DNA of 64,000 bases, taken from a virus (taxonomy: Duplodnaviria > Caudoviricetes). The stretch covers positions 224,001-288,000 of the IMG/VR virus record IMGVR_UViG_3300029288_005873; one strand, 5' to 3'. Shown here piece by piece: positions 8,988-16,308 of this stretch. The position numbers were made by a program, and so were the translations under genes. Numbering within the stretch: position 1 is the stretch's first letter; each line of letters opens with the position of its first letter. The notes beneath the pieces were generated by a model. The model made no database searches, had not been told where the DNA came from, and saw only the letters and a list, made by a program, of their open reading frames with translations.

Positions 8988-9406
8988 ATTTTGGAGTCAC
9001 CGCTTAGTGCCAGGTCATACCATTCCTCTTCAGGTTAGGTTTTTCCTATTCGCACATGCGCTTCTCGCAGTTCTAGACGTGAATTTTTGAAGCTACAACC
9101 TAGGGCCAGGTCATACTCTTTCCCTCGTTAGCAGGCTTTACAACTCATACCATATACACCTATATGGTACACACATACGCTTATATAAGTTTTAAACATG
9201 AATTTGGAGTTATAACCTAGGGCCAGGTCATACCTTTTCCCTCGTTAGCAGGCTTTACAACTCATACCATATACACCTATATGGTACACACATACGCTTA
9301 TATGTTTTAAACATGAATTTGGAGTTATAACCTAGGGCCAGGTCATACCTTTTCCCTCGTTAGCGTGGATTTTGGGGTCTCTCCATTCGCCCATGCGCTT
9401 CTCGCA
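8988..9406. repeat. Non-coding tandem repeat region (115-117 bp unit with internal palindrome)
   Basis: Units start at 9097, 9214 and 9329 (AACCTAGGGCCAGGTCATAC...), with a degenerate copy at ~9005. Palindrome TACCATATA-CACC-TATATGGTA at 9148 and 9265. A separate 22-bp direct repeat lies at 9048 and 9385. Confidence 0.9.
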
Positions 9407-9559
9407 ATCTTTGATGCTAAACAAAGACAAGAAACCACAGGTTACTTCGGGTGCTCTCGCCACGGCATTTGGTTTTTCCTTACGGGCATTAGTGCCCAAC
9501 TGCCTATGACTTCGATATACAAACTTCCCCTCGGGTCCTGCCTGCTGCCTCCCCCTCAG

Positions 9560-9655
9560 TGGCACCAAGTGGGTTTGAACCACCAGCCCTCTCTGTCCGA
9601 GAGTCGGATACTCGGGACCGGAGCCCCGGTTGCCCGCCCCTGTGGCGGTGGTGCC
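9560..9655 (-). ncRNA. tRNA-like RNA (acceptor stem plus T-arm, no recognisable anticodon arm)
   Basis: GGCACCA/TGGTGCC-A acceptor, GGTGG-TTCAAAC-CCACT T-arm and three internal GC-rich hairpins. Confidence 0.55.
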
Positions 9656-9658
9656 GAA

Positions 9659-9699
9659 ACGGTGGGACCATAACCCTCGTTAAGCTATGGTCCCACCGT
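9659..9699. other. Perfect 14-bp inverted repeat downstream of rpsL
   Basis: ACGGTGGGACCATA-13nt-TATGGTCCCACCGT. Confidence 0.75.
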
Positions 9700-9715
9700 G
9701 CTGCTCAACACTTCC

Positions 9716-10120
9716 CTACTTCTTCGCCCGCTTCACCCCGTACTTGCTCCTGCTCTGGTTCCGGGGGTTCTTCTCACCACCGTTGCGGACCGTGTCTCCC
9801 GCAGCATCCGTCCCCTTGGCACCACGCACGATGTGATACTTCACACCGGGCAGGTCCTTCACCCTGCCGCCCCTGATCAGCACCGTCGAGTGCTCCTGCA
9901 GGTTGTGCCCGATTCCCGGGATGTACGCGATCACCGTGATCCCGTTCGACAGCCTCACCACCGCCACCTTGCGGTTCGCGGAGTTCGGCTTCTTCGGACC
10001 GACGGTGTACACCCTCAGGCACACACCCTTGCGCTGCGGACATCCCTGAAGCGCTGGCGCCTTGGATTTGTTCGCCAAACGCTTCCTACCTTGCCTCACC
10101 AGCTGGTTGATCGTCGGCAT
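9716..10120 (-). CDS. rpsL: 30S ribosomal protein S12 (uS12), stand-alone
   Basis: MPTINQLVR..., [42 protein letters not shown]. True start at 10120 (134 aa) with a GGAGG SD. Confidence 0.97.
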   Translation of the reverse strand: MPTINQLVRQGRKRLANKSKAPALQGCPQRKGVCLRVYTVGPKKPNSANRKVAVVRLSNGITVIAYIPGIGHNLQEHSTVLIRGGRVKDLPGVKYHIVRGAKGTDAAGDTVRNGGEKNPRNQSRSKYGVKRAKK

Positions 10121-10442
10121 CTCCGTCCTCCTCTTCCTGAAGCATTGCGTCGATTTCCTCGATTTCATCCTCCGAGACACCATTGTCCAGGAGGATTTTC
10201 CTCATTTCCTCGATACTACACTCCTCGAGCACGATCTCCCTGCGATCACCCTTCTTCGCAAGGATGTGGTCCAGCTCCTTCTCATGCTTCGCCGCCTCGT
10301 GCCGCAGACGGTTGACGCACGAAAGAAGCTTCTCGTTCTTCACGTGAGCCTTCTTCAGAAGATCCATCATCTCCTCGGCCATCGATGATACCGTTGATAC
10401 CGCATCCAGACGCTCCGTGACCGAACTCGAATTCGAACCCAT
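10086..10442 (-). CDS. Hypothetical coiled-coil/acidic protein overlapping the rpsL start
   Basis: AAGGAG SD; 118 aa. Confidence 0.65.
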   Translation of the reverse strand: MGSNSSSVTERLDAVSTVSSMAEEMMDLLKKAHVKNEKLLSCVNRLRHEAAKHEKELDHILAKKGDRREIVLEECSIEEMRKILLDNGVSEDEIEEIDAMLQEEEDGDADDQPAGEAR

Positions 10443-10481
10443 CGCTCATCTCCTTATCGGGCTGTAATCCTCACGTCCCTT

Positions 10482-10545
10482 TCCATCCCTCTGCGTTTTC
10501 ACGGGCTTGGGACCGTCGTCCCTTTGGGACGGCCGCATTGATGGA
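10482..10545 (-). ncRNA. Twister ribozyme (type P1), copy A
   Basis: UCCAU CAA UGCG GC CGUCCC-AAA-GGGACG ACGG UCCCAAGC CCGU GAAAA CGCA GAGGG AUGGA. P1, P2, P3, P4, the conserved L4 UCCCAAGC and the GAGGG pseudoknot partner are all present. Confidence 0.9.
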
Positions 10546-10760
10546 GCCCGCCTAGCGCCTGGATGCGCATCGGCGGGCGGCACGGATATGTGCCTTGTGC
10601 GCTCCCCAATTGTATGATCCGCATGTCGGGGAATGTCTTCCTCTCGCTTAGCGGGGAAGCTCTGTCCCATGCGGACCGCCCCATGTAGACTGTCCGCTAG
10701 CTGGGGCGCAAATGCCAGCGGACCAAGTATGCTCAAATAGTGACGGGAATCTCATTCCCT
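10546..10760 (-). ncRNA. Candidate multi-stem structured RNA upstream of twister A
   Basis: Several GC-rich stems (GCCCGCC/GGCGGGC, GGCAC/GUGCC, UCCGCAUG/CAUGCGGA, GUCCGCU/AGCGGAC) and no credible ORF. Confidence 0.4.
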
Positions 10761-10801
10761 CATCCCTTCTGATGCTGTAGCTATCAGCACCTATTTTTTC
10801 G

Positions 10802-11224
10802 TTAGTTCATCTTGGCGTCCATGGCGGCAACAACATCTGCCGCCATCTCCTCTACCGCCTTGTCGATCCCCATCTCATCGATCATCTCTTGGGCGCTGTC
10901 AGACAGACACATGACATTGACACCCTCCGGCACTAGGTCCAGGTCCTCCTCAGTGAAGAACCCAGCCTCGACCTTGGCGCGGTTCGGAGAGGCTAGGACC
11001 AAGTCCCTGTTGGGCATCTCCACCAGAATGCCGTCGTCCATCAGCTCCACAACCGCATACAGCATCTGTGACCGTCCGAGATCGTCCGAGCACATGTCGC
11101 AGAGCACCTCGAACGAGAAAGGCGCTTTCCTGCCCTCCACCAATCCGAACAGGAAAGCCTCCAGAACCTGGCTCCTCATTGTCTGATACCCGAATATCGC
11201 CTCTTCCGTCCTGTAAATCTTCAT
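10802..11224 (-). CDS. Hypothetical protein (possible winged-helix-like N-terminus)
   Basis: 140 aa with a GGAG SD. Confidence 0.6.
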   Translation of the reverse strand: MKIYRTEEAIFGYQTMRSQVLEAFLFGLVEGRKAPFSFEVLCDMCSDDLGRSQMLYAVVELMDDGILVEMPNRDLVLASPNRAKVEAGFFTEEDLDLVPEGVNVMCLSDSAQEMIDEMGIDKAVEEMAADVVAAMDAKMN

Positions 11225-11267
11225 GGTCGTCTCCCCTTGTATGATGAGGTGGACTCTCCCACGATCT

Positions 11268-11633
11268 CTAGCGCACTTTGAATCCAGCCTCCATGCATTT
11301 CCAGCGCGGAACTTCGGCTCCTACGGAGCCCATGAACCGTTCCGAGAGAAGCCGCGCTGAGAATTCGTCCCTCGTCATCGCGAACGCCAGAACCGCACAC
11401 CACCCCTCCTGCTTGGCCAGGTCCATCGTCAGCAGCTCCATGGGAATGCTCCTGGCGCTGGACAGGGAATTGTTGTCCGTGTCGCTGAGCTTCAGCAGCA
11501 TCTCCAGACCGCTGAGGACCTGTTCCATGTGCGATTCCATGGCATCATCGGTCACGTTATTGCTGACCCAAAGCCGGAGAGACACTACCAGTCCAGCTAT
11601 GAGATCCCTGTTTACCGGAACCATGACTTTCAT
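11268..11633 (-). CDS. Hypothetical protein
   Basis: Start re-set to MKVMVP (AGGAGG SD). Confidence 0.6.
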   Translation of the reverse strand: MKVMVPVNRDLIAGLVVSLRLWVSNNVTDDAMESHMEQVLSGLEMLLKLSDTDNNSLSSARSIPMELLTMDLAKQEGWCAVLAFAMTRDEFSARLLSERFMGSVGAEVPRWKCMEAGFKVR

Positions 11634-11720
11634 GTCGTTCCTCCTAGGGTTGTACACCTTTCCAGGAAAATTTCTCCTGGACCGAAATGCCGATCTGAGT
11701 TTTGGGAAAAACGCTAAGGC

Positions 11721-11948
11721 TCAGAAGTCAGAGTGCTCCTTTGTGCGGTAGTTAACCACATCCTCCACAAACTCCTGAATGGAACCTACCCACACTTGGA
11801 TATACTCCGGCAGCCCGAAGGGACGAATTATGTTCTCTGGCTTTGTCCCCTCTGGCACCACACCCAACAGCTCGGGTGAACTGTATGAGCCGCCTATCCA
11901 GCAAACCACGAGCGGTTTCGGTTTGACACGTCTTACCTTGTCAGCCAT
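11721..11948 (-). CDS. Hypothetical protein
   Basis: 75-aa ORF. Confidence 0.55.
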   Translation of the reverse strand: MADKVRRVKPKPLVVCWIGGSYSSPELLGVVPEGTKPENIIRPFGLPEYIQVWVGSIQEFVEDVVNYRTKEHSDF

Positions 11949-11986
11949 GGCTTTAACACCTTTTGGCTATTTTTCAGCCACGCATT

Positions 11987-12016
11987 AAAAGCCCCCCAGG
12001 AGGTATTCTGGGGGCT
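11987..12016 (-). terminator. Probable intrinsic terminator
   Basis: GC-rich hairpin (GCCCCCAG...CUGGGGGGC) followed by UUUUA on the minus strand. Confidence 0.55.
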
Positions 12017-12053
12017 CTATGGCTCCGGGTCCTGCGGACCCATCCATGCTTTT

Positions 12054-12260
12054 CTACGTCCCCGCCGTTTCCGCAGCCTCATTGAGGGCTCGGGAGATCC
12101 TTTTGCTGAGCTGGGTCGGGGTCATATTCTCCAAGGCTGCCTCCAGGAGGTTGCCTGCTGCTTCGAGGAGGGTTCGTGTTACGCGATCAAGTTCCAGCTC
12201 GGCGATTGTCCACGTCTCCGCCATCATGGTAGCGACGCTTTCCCTCTGCTCTTTGGTCAT
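12054..12260 (-). CDS. Hypothetical protein directly downstream of twister B
   Basis: 68 aa with an AAGGA SD. Confidence 0.6.
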   Translation of the reverse strand: MTKEQRESVATMMAETWTIAELELDRVTRTLLEAAGNLLEAALENMTPTQLSKRISRALNEAAETAGT

Positions 12261-12284
12261 GGCGTTGTCCTTTCACCTACATTT

Positions 12285-12350
12285 CCCCACCCCTCCGCAT
12301 TTGCACGGGCTTGGGACCGTCGTCCCGAAGGGACGGCTGCGTTATGGGAG
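12285..12350 (-). ncRNA. Twister ribozyme (type P1), copy B
   Basis: CUCCCA UAA CGCA GC CGUCCC-UUC-GGGACG ACGG UCCCAAGC CCGU GCAAA UGCG GAGGG GUGGGG. P2 shows compensatory changes (CGCA/UGCG) relative to copies A and C. Confidence 0.88.
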
Positions 12351-12417
12351 GGGCGCGAGGCGCCCCTTTATGTAGGACCTCCGGTCCTTGGTAGGGGAGT
12401 TGTAGAGCTTCTAGCTC

Positions 12418-12882
12418 TTAGTCGGTGGTGGGGCGCTCGGCGGGGCGGTCGTCGTCCCAGGTATCGGAGCCGATGGCGACGACGGAGCAGCTGAGCTGGA
12501 GGGCGAGACCGGCGACAGTGGCTTTGCCGTTGGCGTAGAAGCCGCACTTGCCGGAGGCGAAGATACGGGCGGTGGCGACGGTCTGGTCGATTTTGAGGGA
12601 CTTGAGGGTCTGGGGCTCGAGGGCGAGGAACTTCTGGATATCCTCGTCCTTGAGGCGTTTGGGGTCATCGGGCTTGGAGTGGGCGAGGGTGACGTTGAGG
12701 GAGACCTGGAAGGTCTTGGGCTCTCCGGCGACGTCGAGGGTGACCTTGCCGTTGTGGTTGAACCCCACCGAGCCGGTGGAGTTGGTGCGGGGCTCCATGG
12801 CACCGACGCCCAGCTGCTTGAGGCTGATGCTGCCCATGGTCAGGACGTCGCTCTTGAACCCCTCGGTCTGCTTCTTCGACAT
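12418..12882 (-). CDS. Hypothetical protein with an internal duplicated beta-rich motif, flanked by twister ribozymes
   Basis: Repeats PRTNSTGSVGFNHNGK...QVSLNVTLAHSK and ARIFASGKCGFYANGK...QLSCSVVAIGSD. AAGGAG SD and strong GC3 codon bias. Confidence 0.75.
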   Translation of the reverse strand: MSKKQTEGFKSDVLTMGSISLKQLGVGAMEPRTNSTGSVGFNHNGKVTLDVAGEPKTFQVSLNVTLAHSKPDDPKRLKDEDIQKFLALEPQTLKSLKIDQTVATARIFASGKCGFYANGKATVAGLALQLSCSVVAIGSDTWDDDRPAERPTTD

Positions 12883-12923
12883 GGTACATTCTCCTTCGGG
12901 ACCTTTGGTCCCATGTTAGGGTT

Positions 12924-12988
12924 GCGCCCCTCTGCGTTCGTCCGGGCTTGGGACCGGCGCCTCACCATTGAGGCGGCCGCATTGGCGC
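12924..12988 (-). ncRNA. Twister ribozyme (type P1), copy C
   Basis: GCGC CAA UGCG GC CGCCUCA-AUGG-UGAGGCG CCGG UCCCAAGC CCGG ACGAA CGCA GAGGG GCGC. P3 and P4 covary with copies A and B. Confidence 0.92.
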
Positions 12989-13086
12989 TGGAGGGGTTGA
13001 GTATCAGAGCCCCCTCCGGGCTCCGGGGTTGGGCCAGGCTATGCGCCCCCTTCCAACCACTGGCGGCGTCCCGCCAGATGAGATGT

Positions 13087-13266
13087 CTATCGCGTGATTC
13101 CCATCAACTGCTCGGCCTTCCTCGTGTTCCTGGTCCTGTAGTGGAGGGGGCGGCATTTATTGATGTCCCCAGCAGCCCTCCTACGGCTTGGCGGACAGAT
13201 CTCCACCTCCACCGTTTGCCCATCAATCACCTCGATGCGGACATTCTTGGCTTTCATCGCCTTCAT
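13087..13266 (-). CDS. Small basic hypothetical protein (59 aa, below ORF track cutoff)
   Basis: MKAMKAKNVRIEVIDGQTVEVEICPPSRRRAAGDINKCRPLHYRTRNTRKAEQLMGITR, just downstream of a promoter-like repeat. Confidence 0.5.
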   Translation of the reverse strand: MKAMKAKNVRIEVIDGQTVEVEICPPSRRRAAGDINKCRPLHYRTRNTRKAEQLMGITR

Positions 13267-13290
13267 CCTTGGCAGCGATTTTCCCTCGCG

Positions 13291-13331
13291 GGTTCAAAAC
13301 ATCCGCGGAAATTTTTCGCTGCAAAAATTTT
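13291..13331 (-). promoter_or_regulatory. Duplicated promoter-like element, copy 1
   Basis: Near-identical to 17421..17464. Minus strand reads A/T tract, TTGCAG, 17 nt, TGTTTT. Confidence 0.55.
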
Positions 13332-13396
13332 TCATCCATCGCGCAGGATCTTACTGTTCCGGGAAACTCCTGTGGCAATTACCTCATTTGAGCCTC

Positions 13397-13915
13397 CTAG
13401 GGAAGGATGAGGACTTCACGAAACATAGACCATGTTCCTGGGGCATAGAACCTAATACAATGGTCTATGACGGGATCAATGCTGAATGGGTCCATAAGGA
13501 CCGGTTTTCCGTCATTGTTCAGCATGACCTGAAGGTCTTGTGGCTCCATGTCGTGGTCCAGGAGAGTTTTGGCTATGACCTTCATGTCACTCAGAATCGG
13601 CTCCCAACCTCCTATTGCGTTTAGCAGGGGCATGACGGCGGCAGCCGCATTCCATCCATAGAAGGCGTCCAGGATTTCGACGGTCGGCACGAAGGGGCGC
13701 ATCCTATCCAGGCAGTTGTGTTCCTTCTTCAGTTGGACTGCGTGCTCGGTCAGCGCGACCGCCCGGTCGCCACTGGCGTAGACCAGCTTGTACCCACCTT
13801 CGCCCAGCCAGCGGGAGAACGGGTGCGCTTCCACGATTCGGCGGACACCCGTATCCGTGATGAGCTGTGCTACCCATTCTGGGGCATCTGGGAGTAGGAC
13901 CTCTTGACGCACCAT
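13397..13915 (-). CDS. Minimal protein kinase-like protein
   Basis: Gly-rich loop LGEGGYKLVY, helix-C Glu (KKEH), catalytic loop-like QDLQVM and DG..VLMDP. Confidence 0.6.
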   Translation of the reverse strand: MVRQEVLLPDAPEWVAQLITDTGVRRIVEAHPFSRWLGEGGYKLVYASGDRAVALTEHAVQLKKEHNCLDRMRPFVPTVEILDAFYGWNAAAAVMPLLNAIGGWEPILSDMKVIAKTLLDHDMEPQDLQVMLNNDGKPVLMDPFSIDPVIDHCIRFYAPGTWSMFREVLILP

Positions 13916-13916
13916 G

Positions 13917-14180
13917 TTATTCCACCTGTTCTAGCTCTCCGATGGAGACGGAAAGTGTGTGGAAGTTAAAGTTGGACCTCAGGAAACCGGAAGCGTCCAT
14001 GACTCGTTCTCCGCGCTCCCAGGCAGCGATGGTGTTCCAGTTCCCGCAGACTGACTCGAACTTGACCTGAACCGGAACGAACGTGTTACCCGTATGGGCG
14101 ACGACCCGTCCCACCTTTGTACGTTTCCCATCGGTCGAACGCCAGATGACCATGGAGCCGATGGCAGGAAGGCTTGTCAT
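13917..14180 (-). CDS. Hypothetical protein (SH3-like beta pattern)
   Basis: 87 aa, ATGA-coupled to the upstream gene. Confidence 0.5.
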   Translation of the reverse strand: MTSLPAIGSMVIWRSTDGKRTKVGRVVAHTGNTFVPVQVKFESVCGNWNTIAAWERGERVMDASGFLRSNFNFHTLSVSIGELEQVE

Positions 14181-14653
14181 TCCTGCACGATGTGGGGTCC
14201 CTCGTGGTCCTTTGCCGTGCGCCAGCAGTAGGTGCGCCCTTCGAGGGTAATATACATTCCAAGCTCATCCTTGCCGGTGAAGGTGCCGTACTGGACGACT
14301 CGGTTCCAGACTGCCATGGATACTTTCTCCATGACCGGGAGGATGTGCTCGGCATTAATCTGCTTCACCTGAGGACGGACGCTTTCGGCAAAGAGAGCGT
14401 ACGCCAGGCTTTCGGCGTCTCCTTTGGTGGGCGCGTTCATTTCCATCTTGATGGTGACCAGGAAGCGTTTCATGATGGTCATTCCTTTCTGGTGTCCGTA
14501 GAACAGGAAAAACATACAGGAGCTGCCATAGTGCTCCAGCCGCAGCTTCCTGGAGATGTCGCATTTCCCCTCGATGCGAACTCCCATGCACGAGGTTTCC
14601 ATACCCATGTACTACCAGTGAGCACAGAAGTTACAGGTGTGTCTGTTGTCCAT
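14177..14653 (-). pseudogene. ORF with an in-frame TAG at codon 14 interrupting a CxxCxHW...C...C zinc motif
   Basis: ATG 14653 with an AGGAG SD reads MDNRHTCNFCAHW*YMGMETSCMGVRIEGKC... in frame with the 14177..14608 ORF. A further SD-supported start lies near 14473-14482. Confidence 0.45.
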
Positions 14654-14661
14654 GGCTTCTC

Positions 14662-15000
14662 CTACGGCTGGACGGGTCCCTCGGCGAAATCCTGGCGCGC
14701 CTCCAGGTCGATCTGGCGGTACCGCGCCATCTTCTCCTCGTAGTTGGGCTGGCGAGGGAGGTACTGACCGGCGTCGCCGAAGTCCTCCAAAGGGCAGCAG
14801 GACTCCATGCAGCTGACATGGTCGAGAACGTTCAGGAAATACCAGGCAGCCTGGTCAGCGTCGTTCAGCATGGGGCGGAACCCGAGGTACGACGGAGCCG
14901 TCTCGGGGAGCTCGAACCGGCGAAAGAAGTAGCCGTCGAAGTTGCTCTTGTTCAGGACAGCCACGTATCTCCTGCTGGGGGACACCATGTTCTTGGTCAT
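14662..15000 (-). CDS. Hypothetical protein
   Basis: AAGGAG SD; 112 aa. Confidence 0.6.
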   Translation of the reverse strand: MTKNMVSPSRRYVAVLNKSNFDGYFFRRFELPETAPSYLGFRPMLNDADQAAWYFLNVLDHVSCMESCCPLEDFGDAGQYLPRQPNYEEKMARYRQIDLEARQDFAEGPVQP

Positions 15001-15030
15001 TGGTTCTCTCCTTGAGGGACCTGCGGTCCC

Positions 15031-15702
15031 CTACTTGCGGTTGAACTCCTCGTAGTTCTTGAGCTGGGGGTCGTTGTCCTCGCCCCACCGCTGGTTCAGA
15101 CCCCGCTCCAGGAACAACTCCTCCTGGAGATGCGCCCATTCGATCGCCTTGGTGGCATTAGAGATGCTCGCTCTTACCAAGGCGGTACCGATTTCGTCAC
15201 TATCCCAGCACTCGTCGATGCTGGAACAGGAGCCGCGCCCCACCTTCGGGTCCAACCTGATGGCTTCCACCAGAGCGGGCATGTTGACCGCAGCTTTCCA
15301 GGCGGTCAGCGCCGCGCAGTCAACCGTCCGCTGCCACAGGCACTCATCGCACTTGGCGCACTTCGCGCAGGGGTGTACTACTTGCTTCACCTCGCGGGTC
15401 GCGAACCAACCCGCATCCGGGTTGTGGGTCTCCTTCCGGAACTCGGAGAGGTCGGCAGTGTAGCCACCAGAGCAGCGCAGGCACTGACTCCACCACGCGC
15501 CATTCTGCTGAACCTTCCAGCCACGGATGACGACCTGGTTCTTCAGGGTCGGATGAACCTCAGGAGCGCCACACGTCGGACACTCCATCGGCGTACCCTG
15601 AACGTGGAACCGCTCGGTCTGGCTTACACTGCCGCACATGCAGGGAAGCGCCCAGGAGGGACGCGCTACGCCCAGCAGACGACCGCACTTTGCGCACCGC
15701 AT
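15031..15702 (-). CDS. Cys-rich hypothetical protein
   Basis: Multiple CxxC motifs; AAGGAGG SD. Confidence 0.6.
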   Translation of the reverse strand: MRCAKCGRLLGVARPSWALPCMCGSVSQTERFHVQGTPMECPTCGAPEVHPTLKNQVVIRGWKVQQNGAWWSQCLRCSGGYTADLSEFRKETHNPDAGWFATREVKQVVHPCAKCAKCDECLWQRTVDCAALTAWKAAVNMPALVEAIRLDPKVGRGSCSSIDECWDSDEIGTALVRASISNATKAIEWAHLQEELFLERGLNQRWGEDNDPQLKNYEEFNRK

Positions 15703-15716
15703 CAGAGGCCTCCTTG

Positions 15717-15896
15717 CTAGAAAGACACCGGCTTCCTGTCGAGTACGACCATCTCGTGAATCCTGGCCGAGTCGATACCCGACTCCTTCGCAGCCAGGAC
15801 CAACGTCCTGCTGTACATCTCGCTGTCGCCGTCACGCAGATAACGGCGAAGCAGGTTGATGTACAACACCGTGGCGTACGCTTTTCCGGGCTCCAT
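15717..15896 (-). CDS. Small hypothetical protein (59 aa, not in ORF track)
   Basis: MEPGKAYATVLYINLLRRYLRDGDSEMYSRTLVLAAKESGIDSARIHEMVVLDRKPVSF with a GGAGG SD. Confidence 0.6.
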   Translation of the reverse strand: MEPGKAYATVLYINLLRRYLRDGDSEMYSRTLVLAAKESGIDSARIHEMVVLDRKPVSF

Positions 15897-15968
15897 GAGA
15901 ACCCTCCCGAGTTGTTGCGACCCCCCCTATGAAACCTGGGTCTTTGTTGGGATTTTCGATCGGTTTTG

Positions 15969-16229
15969 CTAGCGCACCCTCGTCTTGGCGGCGAGGATGG
16001 CCGCGATCGCAGCGCGGCGCAAAGGTCGCGAGCGACCCGCAGCCTGAAGCGCCTCCATGAGCGGCGCCGCCTTGGGAAGCGCCAGGTGAAGACGCGACCG
16101 AGCGGTCAGCAGATCACGGTCAAACTCACCCGCAATCATGCGGTACACCATGGTGTCCTTGAGACCCGCACGCTCGAGGCGGTTGATGAACCTGTACGCC
16201 TGCGTCCTGAAAGGGCACGTCACTCTCAT
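15969..16229 (-). CDS. Hypothetical basic protein
   Basis: AAGGAGG SD. Confidence 0.6.
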   Translation of the reverse strand: MRVTCPFRTQAYRFINRLERAGLKDTMVYRMIAGEFDRDLLTARSRLHLALPKAAPLMEALQAAGRSRPLRRAAIAAILAAKTRVR

Positions 16230-16308
16230 GTCTCGACCTCCTTGGGTTGGGTAAGCACCTGAACGATTTCAGGCACTTACCGAGCCTAAAGCTCGGTCGA
16301 TTAGGACG

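Noticed and set aside
9097-9364. CRISPR array (36-bp repeat x3)
   Set aside because: The intervening ~80-bp segments are near-identical to each other and no cas genes are present; it is a tandem duplication.
9560-9655. tmRNA, tRNA-Sec or canonical tRNA
   Set aside because: No G3-U70 pair or tag ORF, no 7-nt anticodon loop and no U8; kept only as tRNA-like.
9716-10183. Cellular str operon / 155-aa S12
   Set aside because: No rpsG, fusA or tuf nearby; the real start is the MPTINQL ATG at 10120.
10546-10620. Twister-sister or hatchet ribozyme
   Set aside because: Only superficial resemblance; the conserved core nucleotides could not be aligned.
10446-10736. 96-aa ORF as a gene
   Set aside because: It overlaps twister A and the structured region, has low-complexity composition and lacks a good SD.
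10482-12988. Retrozyme or retroelement bounded by ribozymes
   Set aside because: No reverse transcriptase, LTR-like repeats or target-site duplications are seen, and sequence outside the ribozyme cores is unrelated.
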